In this document: in pieces, positions 38,603 through 49,134 of the stretch
How positions within the stretch are numbered: the first letter of the stretch is position 1
How the letters are laid out: each line of letters starts with the position of its first letter
Origin: an uncultured bacterium
Lineage (GTDB): Bacteria > Verrucomicrobiota > Verrucomicrobiia > Limisphaerales > UBA8199
Reading direction: 5' to 3'
Assembly (NCBI GenBank): GCA_963749495.1
Contig: CAVVMW010000023.1
Coordinates: 800,001 to 864,000 of the forward strand
Length of the DNA: 64,000 bases
Program-made: the position numbers and the translations under genes
The notes under the pieces: model-generated
Told to the model about the DNA's origin: nothing
Database searches by the model: none
Seen by the model: only the letters and a program-made list of their open reading frames with translations

Positions 38603-39568
38603 ATGATGCTTTCCGACGAGAAAATCCAGGCGGTCATCGCGGAAATCCGCGAGTACAACATTTGCATCAACCGAGAGCAAAGGCTCGAGTTGTTTACCGA
38701 CGGCATGTGCGAAAACCCCGGCGCGATGCACATCGGCCTGTTCGCGCGCCAGGGCAACAACTGTCTGTTCACCCGGCACACCTTCGCTGGCTACGGAACC
38801 TGCAACGAAGCGGAATACATCGGGGTGAAAACCGGTTTGACCATCCTCCAGGCGCTGTACCCCCAGCCCGCCGTTCCCGTGGTGGTCTTTTGCGACTCCC
38901 AGCTCGTCACCAACCAGGTCAATAACCTCTGGAAATCCTCGGGCAAAATGAGGGATTACTGCATCTTCCTGCGCCGGCTGCGCAAGACTTACCCTTTCAC
39001 GCTGCAGAAGATCCCCCGGCGTGAAAACGAGATCGCCGATGGACTGGCGCAGAAATACATTCTCAAGAACTCCGGCCGGTGCATGACCCTTGATCACGGG
39101 AGGTTCAACGTGCTCAAACAGGTTCCCGCCACGGTCAAGCGCAACGACACCTACAAGGCGGTCACCAGCCAGCAATTCCGCGATTATCTGGCGCAGCACA
39201 ATCTGCACGGTGAAATGCGGCGATTGCTCCGGTTGTCGAGCGAGGGAGACGCCGACGGCGCCGTGGCGCTGGCCCAAAGCCTCCAGCAACAAGCTCGCAC
39301 CATCTTGCGGTTGGCCCCCAAGAGCAATGATCTGGTGGCCCAATGGCTGGACAACACCGTCGGGCTGATGCAAAAGGGCCTGGACCTGATCATGGCCGCT
39401 TTGCGGCAGGGCGCGGACCTGGTCGAAATCCAGTATATCATCGAGGAATTGTCCGGTGCGGACGGTGCCGAATCTGAGATTTACTCGCAACAAATTGGTT
39501 GCTTGAGGGAGCGAAACCTTCCCGAAGCTGTGTTCGCAACCGGCGACAAGGAGGAGTGCTTCGCCTAA
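38603..39568 (+). CDS. Ribonuclease HI-family protein with a C-terminal helical extension
   Basis: LFTDG..NPG, TCNEAEY, FCDSQLVTNQ, IPRRENEIADGLA: all four acidic catalytic residues present. Confidence 0.88.
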   Translation: MMLSDEKIQAVIAEIREYNICINREQRLELFTDGMCENPGAMHIGLFARQGNNCLFTRHTFAGYGTCNEAEYIGVKTGLTILQALYPQPAVPVVVFCDSQLVTNQVNNLWKSSGKMRDYCIFLRRLRKTYPFTLQKIPRRENEIADGLAQKYILKNSGRCMTLDHGRFNVLKQVPATVKRNDTYKAVTSQQFRDYLAQHNLHGEMRRLLRLSSEGDADGAVALAQSLQQQARTILRLAPKSNDLVAQWLDNTVGLMQKGLDLIMAALRQGADLVEIQYIIEELSGADGAESEIYSQQIGCLRERNLPEAVFATGDKEECFA

Positions 39569-39809
39569 TCGACCAGGATTCCTGGGAGGGATGGTGGTCC
39601 TTCTGGGCCAGGGGCTCAAGCTCCTCGCACTTTCCTTTCTCCCGCTCTCGCACTTGCTGTTGGCAGGACCGCAGGGAACTGCCTTTGACGCCCTGGCGGC
39701 CGAACGAGGCGACCGGCCCGCGGCAACTCGCCCTGCAGCCTCGCCGCCCCTAAAAGCCAGGTGCACCGACCTATAATGGTTAAGCGGGCCAAATCCCGCA
39801 TGGCCGAAT

Positions 39810-40082
39810 ATGAGCCGACCGCGAAAAGTATCATTATGGGAAACAGCAGGGCTGCTTGCCTTGGGCGCCATCACCGTCGTTTGTCTGACGCCGGTGCTGC
39901 GAAAGGACTACGCCGGATCAGCTCTGCGCACTTCCCTCTTCGCCATGATTGGCGCCTGCCTCATTTATCCGTCCGCTATCCTGGTTTACACCCGCAAGGC
40001 CATCGCGCAGCGGAACGGGGATTGGAGGATAACCTTGTTCATTCTGGGCATCACCTACGTGCTCTTTCGCCTGGTCCGGTAG
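39810..40082 (+). CDS. Small membrane protein (about 3 TM)
   Basis: Three hydrophobic stretches; downstream of TATAAT at 39772. Confidence 0.6.
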   Translation: MSRPRKVSLWETAGLLALGAITVVCLTPVLRKDYAGSALRTSLFAMIGACLIYPSAILVYTRKAIAQRNGDWRITLFILGITYVLFRLVR

Positions 40083-40085
40083 CGC

Positions 40086-40997
40086 GTGAAGAAACTCTTG
40101 CCATACGCTTTGGGCGGGTGGGTGCTGCTGGTCGGCGGCATAGTCGGCAGTCGGGTGTTCCCGAACCACGGGCCGATCACAACTTCTGCAAGATCAACGT
40201 CCCCAGCCGCAAAATTGCGGCCCGTTCGCGTCGAGCAACCGCCGGAGGTCCTCTACCTCCTGGTGGCGGAAGGCTTGGTTGAGAAGCTCAAAACGGGGGA
40301 TACGCTCCTGACCCAACGCGAACATCGGGAGTTGATTCACGAGACCTCGATGCATTTGCGCCAGGATCTCGGGTTGGAACTGCCGCCGGGATTCGTCGTT
40401 CCTCCCGGCGTCTCGGGAAGCTGGCTGGAGCACCCCGAGTTGGATGACCCGAACCAAAGCGCCTTTATCCAGCAGGTGCAGGCAGCCAACCGGGAGTACC
40501 TGCGAAGGATTGTTGCTCGATTGCTCGATGACTATGCCCCTCAGACGATGCAGCTCATGACCCATCGCCTCGCCGCCATCCGCTCATTCCGCAAACCGGG
40601 AGACGATGAGTCTCTTTCCTTTGTCAAAGCGCTCTACGGCGAGAACTTCGTCAACGACTGCGCCGCTGCGCACCGTCAAGGGAAGGACCAGGCCAAGCCG
40701 TGGGAGCACAACCATAACCAGCCGGAATCCGGCCAGCCAATCACGCGCCCGGCCAAAGAAGTGGCCGCAGCCCAGGCGCAAGTGTCGTCGTTGTGGCGAA
40801 CTGAGTTCACTCCGCAAGAGCTTTCCGCGGTTGGAGAATATGTCCTGAGCCAGAAACTTCGGGACAAACTCCGGGACGACTTGCTGTACAACGACCTTTC
40901 CGCCGCAGAACGCAGCTTGATGGAGAAGAGCGCCATCGGCTCCCGGCTGATTTCCCTGCACGACCTGACCTGCAAAGTCGTGTCCGCTCCGCAATAA
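40086..40997 (+). CDS. N-terminally anchored/exported hypothetical protein
   Basis: Basic N-terminus plus hydrophobic helix; in an operon with the PilC-like gene. Confidence 0.7.
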   Translation: MKKLLPYALGGWVLLVGGIVGSRVFPNHGPITTSARSTSPAAKLRPVRVEQPPEVLYLLVAEGLVEKLKTGDTLLTQREHRELIHETSMHLRQDLGLELPPGFVVPPGVSGSWLEHPELDDPNQSAFIQQVQAANREYLRRIVARLLDDYAPQTMQLMTHRLAAIRSFRKPGDDESLSFVKALYGENFVNDCAAAHRQGKDQAKPWEHNHNQPESGQPITRPAKEVAAAQAQVSSLWRTEFTPQELSAVGEYVLSQKLRDKLRDDLLYNDLSAAERSLMEKSAIGSRLISLHDLTCKVVSAPQ

Positions 40998-41016
40998 CTG
41001 GAAGCAACCTCCGCAC

Positions 41017-42252
41017 ATGATCCTCAATTCCTACCTGGTCACCGTTCGGGACGAAACTCAACAGATCTCCAAGCGGCTGGTGCAGGCGACCAGCCAGGCC
41101 AAAGTTTACGGCCAGATGCACCGGGAAAAGTGCAAGGTCATCGCCATCGAGCAGCGTCCCAGCCCTTTCCTGGAGGCGTTGAAGAAGGGGCGCCTGGAGA
41201 TCGGCGACGCGGCCAGCAAACGCGAACTGGCGACCTTCTCCAACAACCTGGCGCTGATGGTGGCCACCAAGGTCAACACCGCCAATGCGTTTCAGATTTT
41301 GGCTGAGTCCACGCCCAAGGAACGCTTTCGCAGAATCATCATCGATGTGCGCCGCCGCATCACCGACGGCGAGAGCATCTCCCAGGCGCTGGCAAATCAC
41401 CCGGAAGCCTTCGATGGTGTTTACGTGGCTATTGTCCAGGCTTCGGAGACTTCCGGGCAGCTGCCGGCCGCGCTCCGGGAGCGCGCCAAGGCGCTAAAGC
41501 GGACTGACAAGGTGCTGCGGAAGGTCAAGAACGCGTCTATCTATCCTGCGATTGTGTTGGTTATCGCGCTGATAGCCGTGATGATCTTCTCCCTGCTGGC
41601 AGTCCCGGCCCTGGCAACTCTGTACAAGGGGACCGGAGTCCAACTCCCATGGGTCACGCGCGCCGTCGTGAAGGTTTCTGAAATCCTCCGCAGCAGCCCG
41701 TTGATCGTGATTGGAGTCCTCTCCATCCCGGTGTTGCTCTTCATGCAGCGGAAAGCCATTCTGGCGAACAAGGGCCTCCAGCGATTTCTCCTCAAGGTCT
41801 TCATCATCCGCGACCTGGTTGCCAAGGGCGCCTGCCTTCGCGTCCTGCAATTGCTCCAACAGTTCTCCACGGCCAACGTGACCATGCCCAAGCAGCTTCA
41901 TCTCTGCCAGAAGGTCGCCGGCAATGTTGTGTTCACCGAGGCGCTGGAACGCATCAAGGGCGCCATCGAGGCCAGCGGCGTGAGCCTGTCGGAGGCCTTC
42001 AAACAGGAGAAGGCTTTTCCCCCCATCATCGCCGGAAACATCCAGGCGGGAGAGGCCACCGGCAGCCTGCCTGAAGTATTAGGCAACCTGACGGAGTATT
42101 ACATCGAGGATCTCGATAACGCGGTCACCCGCTTTACCGCCGTTATTGAGCCGGTGATGATTATTCTCCTGGCAGCCGTCATCGGCACCATGGTCATCGC
42201 CATGTACCTGCCCTTGTTCAATCTGGCGCAGGTGTTGAATCATCATAGCTAA
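41017..42252 (+). CDS. pilC: Type II secretion system F / type IV pilus platform protein (PilC-like)
   Basis: GESISQALANHP..F, SETSGQL, ASIYP, AGEATGSL, IEPVMI..MYLPLF; two T2SSF repeats. Confidence 0.92.
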   Translation: MILNSYLVTVRDETQQISKRLVQATSQAKVYGQMHREKCKVIAIEQRPSPFLEALKKGRLEIGDAASKRELATFSNNLALMVATKVNTANAFQILAESTPKERFRRIIIDVRRRITDGESISQALANHPEAFDGVYVAIVQASETSGQLPAALRERAKALKRTDKVLRKVKNASIYPAIVLVIALIAVMIFSLLAVPALATLYKGTGVQLPWVTRAVVKVSEILRSSPLIVIGVLSIPVLLFMQRKAILANKGLQRFLLKVFIIRDLVAKGACLRVLQLLQQFSTANVTMPKQLHLCQKVAGNVVFTEALERIKGAIEASGVSLSEAFKQEKAFPPIIAGNIQAGEATGSLPEVLGNLTEYYIEDLDNAVTRFTAVIEPVMIILLAAVIGTMVIAMYLPLFNLAQVLNHHS

Positions 42253-42284
42253 TCTCAACCCGCGGCGGGGCGGTGGGAGGTACG

Positions 42285-43141
42285 ATGCAGAAAGCAAAGA
42301 GATGGGAGAAGGATCCGGGCGCGACAACGCCGGGCGCGCGGCGGGCCCGCGCCCTCGTCAGGGCTGTGCTGGCGCTGGTAGGGCTGATGCTGGCCATGGG
42401 GGTCGCCAGCAAGGTTGCCGCCCCGCTCAATGGGCTCGCGGAGATGCCGCTCCCCTGGTTCCGCCAGGGGCAGCTGTGGCTGGTGCTCGGAGCGGAGTCC
42501 ACCCTCGCCGTCTGCCTGTGCCTTTTCCCCAGCCGGCGGACCGTCGCCTGCGCCGCCGTGCTCCTCGTGGCCTTCTGCGCCTGGCTTGGTCACCTCGCCG
42601 GGAGCGGGGCGAAGACCTGCGGGTGCTTCGACGGCCTCGGCATACGGCGCTCCCCCGTCGCCGCGCTCGCCACCAACGGCGCCACGGTTCTGGCGCTCAC
42701 GGCCGTCCTGGCCCGGGTTGCCGCCTGCTGGCCCGCCCGCGGCTCGCTTCGGAGGCCGCCGTGGCGGCCGCCAGCCTGCTCGCGGCCGGGGCGTTCCTGC
42801 TGGCCACGACGCTCCCCCCGCGCAATCCGGAGGTGCGAGAGCTCGTCGGGGAGGCCGCCGATGGCAGGGACGTCCTGCTCAAGGTGTCCCCCGGTTGCGA
42901 GCGGTGCATCGCCTTCACCAGCAACCTCGTCCTCTCCGTACACCCCTCGCGGGTCGTCGCCGTCAGCTTGCTCGCCGACAACGAGGAGAGCAAGGCTTTC
43001 ACCAAGCGCTTCGGCATCCCCGTGGTCGACCTGCAGCCCAAGCCCTTCTACGACCTGGGCGGATGCCTGGACGTGCCGAGGGCGTACTGGGTGCGCGGGC
43101 GTTTCCTCGCCGAAATGCGGCCCCACGAAAAGAGGAGATGA
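42285..43141 (+). CDS. MauE/DoxX-like membrane protein with a thioredoxin-like CxxC domain; frameshift near 42750
   Basis: TM helices with TCGCF in one frame, continuing as SPGCERC in another. Confidence 0.55.
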
Positions 43142-43787
43142 GAGCCGTGCCTCTGCTACTGTTCTCCCGGGATATGAGCCATGCATGGGAAAAAGCCCAG
43201 AGCTTCGAACCAGGTTTCCCGGAAACCGAAGCGGGTGGATTCTCGGTGCAGCAACGTCCCGCTCGCGCCGTCAGCCAGCGCCGTCTGAAGGGTGTAAAGC
43301 GTCGGGTGATCCGGTTGCCAGAGTTCGACGCCTGTGAACGGGGCCGTGAGCGTGACTGTGGTGGTGACGAACCCTGGCAGGCCGACGTTTGTAGCCGGCA
43401 GGTCAAAAGCGGCGGCGGCAACCGCGGAGTCGCACGGCCAGGATGGCGAACGCGATCATGATGAAGCCGGCGCTGTAGTTCAGGTGGGCCGCACCCTCGA
43501 GCCGTCCGAGCCAGGTGAAATGCTTGAACGATCGCCAGCAAACGTGGACCAGAGAGAAGGCCAACAAGACCTCAACGAGGGACGCGGCACACCGGCTACG
43601 CGATTGGAGGCGAGGTTCGTCTCTGTTCATTCATCGGTGACGAGCTTCAGCTCCCGGATTCAGCCAGCCTTAGAGGAGGATGGCTGGGCGAACATCGAGT
43701 GAAGGAAAGGTCCCGGGGCGACCAGCGCGCTGGCCGCGGGCAGTCCAATGACTCCGCTGAGAAGTTTCATGCGCCAATGGAAGCCGC

Positions 43788-44615
43788 CTATGATGGCTGC
43801 CGCCTCATCGATCGAGCGTCGGTCAAACGTGACTCCACATCATAGTCCCGCGGGTCTTTCACCGGGTAGGCCAGCGCCTGCTCCAGCAACTGAATCGCGC
43901 GATCGAGTTGATCCTGGCCCGCCTCTCCCTTCCGATAGTGGCGGAGCAGTTCGGCCGAGAGGGTTACATAGCCCACGGCGCGGTCGGGATGCTCTTGGAT
44001 GAGCCGCTGGCACCATTGCTCTCCTTCCGCATCGCGCCCAACCGCGAAGTAGAGCATCCCCAGGTCACCGGAGAAGTTCAGGTCACTGTCGCTTTCCGGC
44101 AGAATCTGCAATACTTCGCGAATAAAGCGGATTCCCAGTTCGCCGCACTGCCGGTCTTTCAAAGTGCCGTTGAGTGCCTCCATGCGAAAATCCACGCCCC
44201 AATTGCCCAGGTGTTGCGACATATGCGCGAACACCTTTCCGCCCGCCTGGCCCAGGTCCTCCATCTCCGGGGTCAACCGCGGCCGCAACGCCTCCCAGAC
44301 TTTCCACCAAGCTTCCAGCGCTGCGGCCGGCTTCTTTTGAGCCGAGAAGGCATAGCCTTCGCACATCCAGTCATCGATCATTTCCAGCGACGGATGCTCT
44401 GGAGAGCGGCGCCGCCAGAGCTCGCACGCGGCCAGGCCCAGGAAGTCGCGATCCGCCCGGCTCGGGGATGATAATCGGCCGGTCCATCCATCGGCGATCT
44501 TCCAGGCCGATTCCTCGGTGCGCGTCAGCGCCCCAAACCGTGTCGGCTCGTAATGAATGCCCAGCCGGGGCCCACCTTTGGCAGCGGCCGAGTTCACGCC
44601 GCCGAACCTCCTCAA
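43788..44615 (-). CDS. Helical (TPR-like) hypothetical protein, probably 5'-damaged
   Basis: LGMLYFAVGRDAEGE..LIQEHPDRAVGY, AIQLLEQAL. Confidence 0.6.
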   Translation of the reverse strand: MRRFGGVNSAAAKGGPRLGIHYEPTRFGALTRTEESAWKIADGWTGRLSSPSRADRDFLGLAACELWRRRSPEHPSLEMIDDWMCEGYAFSAQKKPAAALEAWWKVWEALRPRLTPEMEDLGQAGGKVFAHMSQHLGNWGVDFRMEALNGTLKDRQCGELGIRFIREVLQILPESDSDLNFSGDLGMLYFAVGRDAEGEQWCQRLIQEHPDRAVGYVTLSAELLRHYRKGEAGQDQLDRAIQLLEQALAYPVKDPRDYDVESRLTDARSMRRQPS

Positions 44616-44775
44616 TCAGGGCGTTGCGGAGATGGCGTTCATAGCCAGTCAGGCGCTCGACAACATCATTGCCCGGGAAGGCCCGAACCCAGGGCATCCG
44701 CTCCCCCGGTCGCCAGGAAGTGCGCAACTTCTCGCTCGCGCCTGGCGGACGCCCGATGGTTCGGCCGGCTGGCGC

Positions 44776-45672
44776 TCATGGGATGAATCCGGTGTCCTTG
44801 AGCCAGGCCACGAAGCTTTCCTTCCAGAGGGCGGCGGATTCACCGCGGCCCTCACCCATATCGAAGCCATGGCCGCCTTTGGCGAAGAGATGCAGTTCCA
44901 CGTTCCAACCGGCCTTGAGCACCGTTTGGGAAAAGTCCACGCAACGGCCGACCGGCGTCAACGTGTCGTCGATGGCGTTCATGATGAATAGGGGCGGCAA
45001 TGGCCTGGTCTTCGCCACCATTTCGCCGAACTCTTCCCGCAGCCAGGGATAAAACAAACCTGCAAAGTTCACCTCCCCGCTGACGCTGTTGGTCCCGCCC
45101 GTCGGCTCAGGGCGGAAGACCGTGTTGAAGGCCAGATTGCCGCCGGCCGAGAACCCGCAGATGCCGATTTTGTTCGGGTCCAGATTCAGCTCGGCCGCCT
45201 GGGACCGCAGAACGCGGATGGCTTGGCGGGCGTCGGCAAACACGGCCGGCAAATAGACATCCCAAGGGTATTTCCGGTCCTCGCCATGCGCGCCGCTGTT
45301 GGTGCGGTATTTGAGCACGAGCGAGGTGATGCCCCTGCCTTTCAGCCACAACGCCAGGTCATGCCCTTCCCGGTCCAGCCACACGTCCCGATACCCGCCA
45401 CCCGGGCAGATCACCAGACCCACGCCGGTCGCCTGGGCTTTCGGCGCCTGGTGAATGCTGTAAGTGGGCTCGGCGACGAAACTGAAGACCCGGTTAGAAC
45501 CCGACGGCGAGGCGCTGGACGCGCGGTTCGGTCTGACGGTCTCCTTAATGTCGTAGCGAATGGGATTCTCAAAACCCGCAGCCGGCCAAAGGGGCTTTTC
45601 CTCCTGTAACTCTGCGCAAAACGCGGCTGTGCAGAGGAAGAGGACGGGTAGAACCGCGTGTTTCGGATTCAC
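44776..45672 (-). CDS. Alpha/beta hydrolase (esterase)
   Basis: ICPGGGY, IGICGFSAGG, GGHGF; signal peptide. Confidence 0.9.
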   Translation of the reverse strand: MNPKHAVLPVLFLCTAAFCAELQEEKPLWPAAGFENPIRYDIKETVRPNRASSASPSGSNRVFSFVAEPTYSIHQAPKAQATGVGLVICPGGGYRDVWLDREGHDLALWLKGRGITSLVLKYRTNSGAHGEDRKYPWDVYLPAVFADARQAIRVLRSQAAELNLDPNKIGICGFSAGGNLAFNTVFRPEPTGGTNSVSGEVNFAGLFYPWLREEFGEMVAKTRPLPPLFIMNAIDDTLTPVGRCVDFSQTVLKAGWNVELHLFAKGGHGFDMGEGRGESAALWKESFVAWLKDTGFIP

Positions 45673-45869
45673 AAAGGGGCTTGAACGACATGCCATCCCA
45701 GGAGGATTTAGCAAAGGCGCCGAGGGGTCAAGCTCGTGAGGGGGAACACTCGTTCAGCTTTGACGCTCCTTGGGAGGGGGCCTTCTGCGGCTACGTTCGA
45801 ATTCAAGCCACTTGGCTGCGGGCCGGCACGAGTCGAGTTGAAGATCATCCTGGACAGGAATAGGATTCC

Positions 45870-46226
45870 TTGAGCGCAAGACCGGATATGGCGGAATACG
45901 GTGAATGGAATCGCAAGGGGGCCACCCTGAGCGACGTGACAGCCCAGAAGGAGTATGGGGTCAGCCGGCAATTCATCGTGAAGGGCATCCGGGCGGGCAA
46001 GCTCGAATACCGGGAGGGCTCGATTTGGGGAAACCCCTATTTGCGGATTCTGAGAGGGCAACTGGAGGCTTACATCGCCGAGCAGTTCGGCCGGCGGCAG
46101 TTGGGCAACTTGAAGAACCAGGGAGAACTGCGAAAAATCAAAAGGGAGATCGGTTCGCTCAAGAGGAAGCTGGCAGCGCTGGAGCTCCGACGAGCCGAAT
46201 TGGAAAAGGCGGTAGGCAAGCAGTGA
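45870..46226 (+). CDS. Hypothetical HTH-like + coiled-coil protein
   Basis: TAQKEYGVSRQFIVKGIRAGKLEYRE..GNPYLR plus a C-terminal coiled coil. Confidence 0.75.
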   Translation: MSARPDMAEYGEWNRKGATLSDVTAQKEYGVSRQFIVKGIRAGKLEYREGSIWGNPYLRILRGQLEAYIAEQFGRRQLGNLKNQGELRKIKREIGSLKRKLAALELRRAELEKAVGKQ

Positions 46227-46295
46227 CGCCAGCGAGTCGCGTTCGACTTACGTTGCACCGGCGCCAACGCTCCGACATCCAGGCTCGGCAGCCGT

Positions 46296-47669
46296 TTACT
46301 CCCTCGCACCAGAGAGCAGGACCGACCTGATAGCCATCTCCTCCCGAGAATGCGGCGGAGATGCGAGTTCAATGGCCAGGCCGACAATCAAATCCCGGTA
46401 TCCCGACGAGCGAGCGAGGTCGAGGCGATACACATGAAACTGACCATCGGGATACAACTCCATGGTGAGGCTCTTGTTGGTATCCCATTTCTCGTCGTCG
46501 AGGCGCTTCCAGAATACCCGTGCTGCGGCCTTCTGTCCTTTGTAGGCCACCTCCAACTCCAGCGCTGGGACGCTTTCCGCTCGCCAGCCCTGCACGGCGC
46601 TTTCCAGCCGCGGCTTGTCCGAGCCGAATTTGATGCGCCACTCGCCGTTCAATGGAAAGCCTTGGTCGGTGGCGCCGCGCAAAGTCCAGTGCTGCCGATC
46701 TTTGGCAAAGCGCCAGGCGGGCGGCGGGCGGGTAGCCAGGGCGTTGAAGCGTTTGCGGATGTCGGCCAGCCTGCCGACCATGAACTCAGTGCGGTGTTCA
46801 TAGACGATGTTGTAGTCGAAGTTCTCCACGTGGATGGGCGCCACGTACGCCGTCGAGCCATCCTTGGGATCCTCCGACCGGTTATCGCCGTAAATCCCTC
46901 CATGAAACTCGCCGCCGTCGTCCTTGAACACGCCCAGTCCCCAGTCGCCATCGTCGACCAGCGCCGCCCAACGCTCCGTGGCGACAAACCGGGTCCAGGG
47001 CCACGGCTTCCGCCAGTCGTTCGTGACATGAGTGAGCGCGCCCCCGGTGAAAGGTTTGTCGCCGGTATAGGCCATCAATCGCCCCAGCTTCGAAATTGTA
47101 TAAACGGCGGGCAGTTCCTGGGGACAAGGGCGGTAAGCGGTCTTGTCCGCGCGCTGATTGGCGCAGCGGAAACGCATGTGGATGAGCGGCCCGTCCAGCG
47201 TTGTCCAGGTCTCGAAGACGCAGTCCCCGGGAACATCGTTCAGCGGCCACTGCATGGGAATGCACTTGATGTAAAGCTCCTTGCCGTCATTGCGGTGCTC
47301 AATGACTCTGGAGGGATTCATAGAGCAGTCGCCGGTTTGAATCGGGTTCCAGCCCAAGCCGGCCCACGCCGGATTTGGCTTTTTGTCGCCGACCTCGAAC
47401 GGCCAGGGGCCGGAGTAATGCGACATTTGTATCTGCCGCCCCAGGTCCGCGCTGTTGATGATATTGCCCGGATGGTCTTTGCTGGAAATGTAGGTCACCG
47501 CTCCCCCGAGGGCCAGGTCCATGCCGATGCGCACTTCGCCGTTGTCCAGGAAGGTCATCCTGGGCGCGGGCAGTGACGCCGCCTCCGCCAGGATGCCGAC
47601 GGCCGATGTGGCCGCCACGATGCTGAGCCAGAATAGCATTCTCGGGCAGACAAACAGGACCCGTTTCAT
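46296..47669 (-). CDS. Secreted hypothetical protein (beta-rich, carbohydrate-active-like)
   Basis: Signal peptide; N.AD.GRQIQ.S.Y, WNPIQ.GD, QELPAVY. Confidence 0.75.
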   Translation of the reverse strand: MKRVLFVCPRMLFWLSIVAATSAVGILAEAASLPAPRMTFLDNGEVRIGMDLALGGAVTYISSKDHPGNIINSADLGRQIQMSHYSGPWPFEVGDKKPNPAWAGLGWNPIQTGDCSMNPSRVIEHRNDGKELYIKCIPMQWPLNDVPGDCVFETWTTLDGPLIHMRFRCANQRADKTAYRPCPQELPAVYTISKLGRLMAYTGDKPFTGGALTHVTNDWRKPWPWTRFVATERWAALVDDGDWGLGVFKDDGGEFHGGIYGDNRSEDPKDGSTAYVAPIHVENFDYNIVYEHRTEFMVGRLADIRKRFNALATRPPPAWRFAKDRQHWTLRGATDQGFPLNGEWRIKFGSDKPRLESAVQGWRAESVPALELEVAYKGQKAAARVFWKRLDDEKWDTNKSLTMELYPDGQFHVYRLDLARSSGYRDLIVGLAIELASPPHSREEMAIRSVLLSGARE

Positions 47670-47748
47670 GGCTGCCTTGTAACGCTGCCCCGCTCGTTGG
47701 TCAATGCCCGGCCTTGACCCATCAGGATATTTGCCGAATTCTCCAGGC

Positions 47749-49128
47749 ATGGCGCATCATTCAGACCCCCTTCAGAACCAACTGTCCCGGTGTCTGCCGG
47801 CGCTTCTCCTTTGCTCTCTGGCCTTGGCTGCCCAGGCGGGAGAACCTTCCGCCCCTGTCCCCGTGCCCACGCCCGAGCAGGTCGCCTGGCACGAGGCCGG
47901 GGTGGGCCTTTTCTTCCACTGGGCGCCGAATGTCTATCAGGGCACCGAAGGGGATAACCGCTCCACGCCGCGCGATCAAATCAATCCCGACCGCTTCAAC
48001 GCCGAGCAATGGGTAGCGGCGGTCAAGGCCGCCAACGCCGGTTACATGATCTTCGTGGCCAAGCACGTGGGCGGCTACTGTGCCTGGCAGACCAAAACGA
48101 CGGATTATTCCCTCAAAACCTCACCCTGGAAACACGGCCAAGGGGACATGCTCGCCGAGCTCGCCAAGGCTTGCCAGGCGAGAAACGTGCGCTTGGGCGT
48201 TTACTTGTGCCCGCGCGACGATATGCAGGGAGCCGGCGACGGTGGACGCGCGTCCTCCCCGGAAAAACAGGCCGCGTACAACGAAGTCTATCGTCAACAG
48301 GTCACCGAAATCTTGAGCGGGTACGGCCCAATGTTCGAGATGTGGTTCGACGGAGGAAATGTCGTCCCGATTAACGACCTGATCGATCAGCTCGCGCCGG
48401 GGATCATCGCCTTCCAGGGCCGGCGCACCGGCGGCTCGCGGTGGGTGGGCACCGAGCACGGCTTCGCGCCTTACCCGTGTTGGAACACGATTGACTGGAA
48501 GTCGGGCGAGACGCCCAGGGAAGGCGCCGGCAGCCCCACCGGAAACACCTGGTGTCCGGCGGAATGCGACGTGTCCATTTTGCGCCCGAACTGGTTTTGG
48601 AGCCAAGGCAGTGACCGCCGCATCCTCAGCCTGGATGACCTTGTCGAAATTTACTATATGTCCGTCGGCCACGGGGTGAATCTGCTGCTCAACGCTACTC
48701 CGGATACCCACGGTGAAGTGCCTGCCGCGCAGATGAAGCGGCTCCAGGAGTTCGGCGACGAAATCCGCGGCCGCTTCGCCCAACCGCTTTACACGGCCCG
48801 AGGCCAGGGAAACGGCCTGTCCTTCGACCTGGGTGGTCAGAAGACGATTGACCATATCGTTCTACGCGAGGACATTCGCAACGGTGAGCGCATCCGGAAA
48901 TTCGTGGTCGAAGGCCAGCGTGTGGATGGCGGTTGGACGGCTCTCGCCCAAGGCACGCAAGTCGGCAGCCGCCAGATTATTCCCATTCCCGCGACCTTCG
49001 TGCGGGCGGTTCGGCTGAGCGTGCAAGAGAGCGTCGCCCCAGTGACGATTCGCGAACTATCGGTGTTCCACGTCAACCGTCCGGTCCCGAAGCGGGCCTA
49101 CCGCGAAGGCGTTCGGCCCACGAAGTGA
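47749..49128 (+). CDS. Alpha-L-fucosidase (GH29) with a C-terminal F5/8-like domain
   Basis: GLFFHW, AKHVGGYCAW, LGVYLCP.D, EMWFDG, RWVGTE.G, AECDVSI, SVG.G.NLLLN. Confidence 0.92.
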   Translation: MAHHSDPLQNQLSRCLPALLLCSLALAAQAGEPSAPVPVPTPEQVAWHEAGVGLFFHWAPNVYQGTEGDNRSTPRDQINPDRFNAEQWVAAVKAANAGYMIFVAKHVGGYCAWQTKTTDYSLKTSPWKHGQGDMLAELAKACQARNVRLGVYLCPRDDMQGAGDGGRASSPEKQAAYNEVYRQQVTEILSGYGPMFEMWFDGGNVVPINDLIDQLAPGIIAFQGRRTGGSRWVGTEHGFAPYPCWNTIDWKSGETPREGAGSPTGNTWCPAECDVSILRPNWFWSQGSDRRILSLDDLVEIYYMSVGHGVNLLLNATPDTHGEVPAAQMKRLQEFGDEIRGRFAQPLYTARGQGNGLSFDLGGQKTIDHIVLREDIRNGERIRKFVVEGQRVDGGWTALAQGTQVGSRQIIPIPATFVRAVRLSVQESVAPVTIRELSVFHVNRPVPKRAYREGVRPTK

Positions 49129-49134
49129 ATCGGG

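Noticed and set aside
36933..39568. Retron or other reverse-transcriptase system because of the RNase H
   Set aside because: No YxDD or other RT motifs seen in neighbouring ORFs and no msr/msd-like structure identified.
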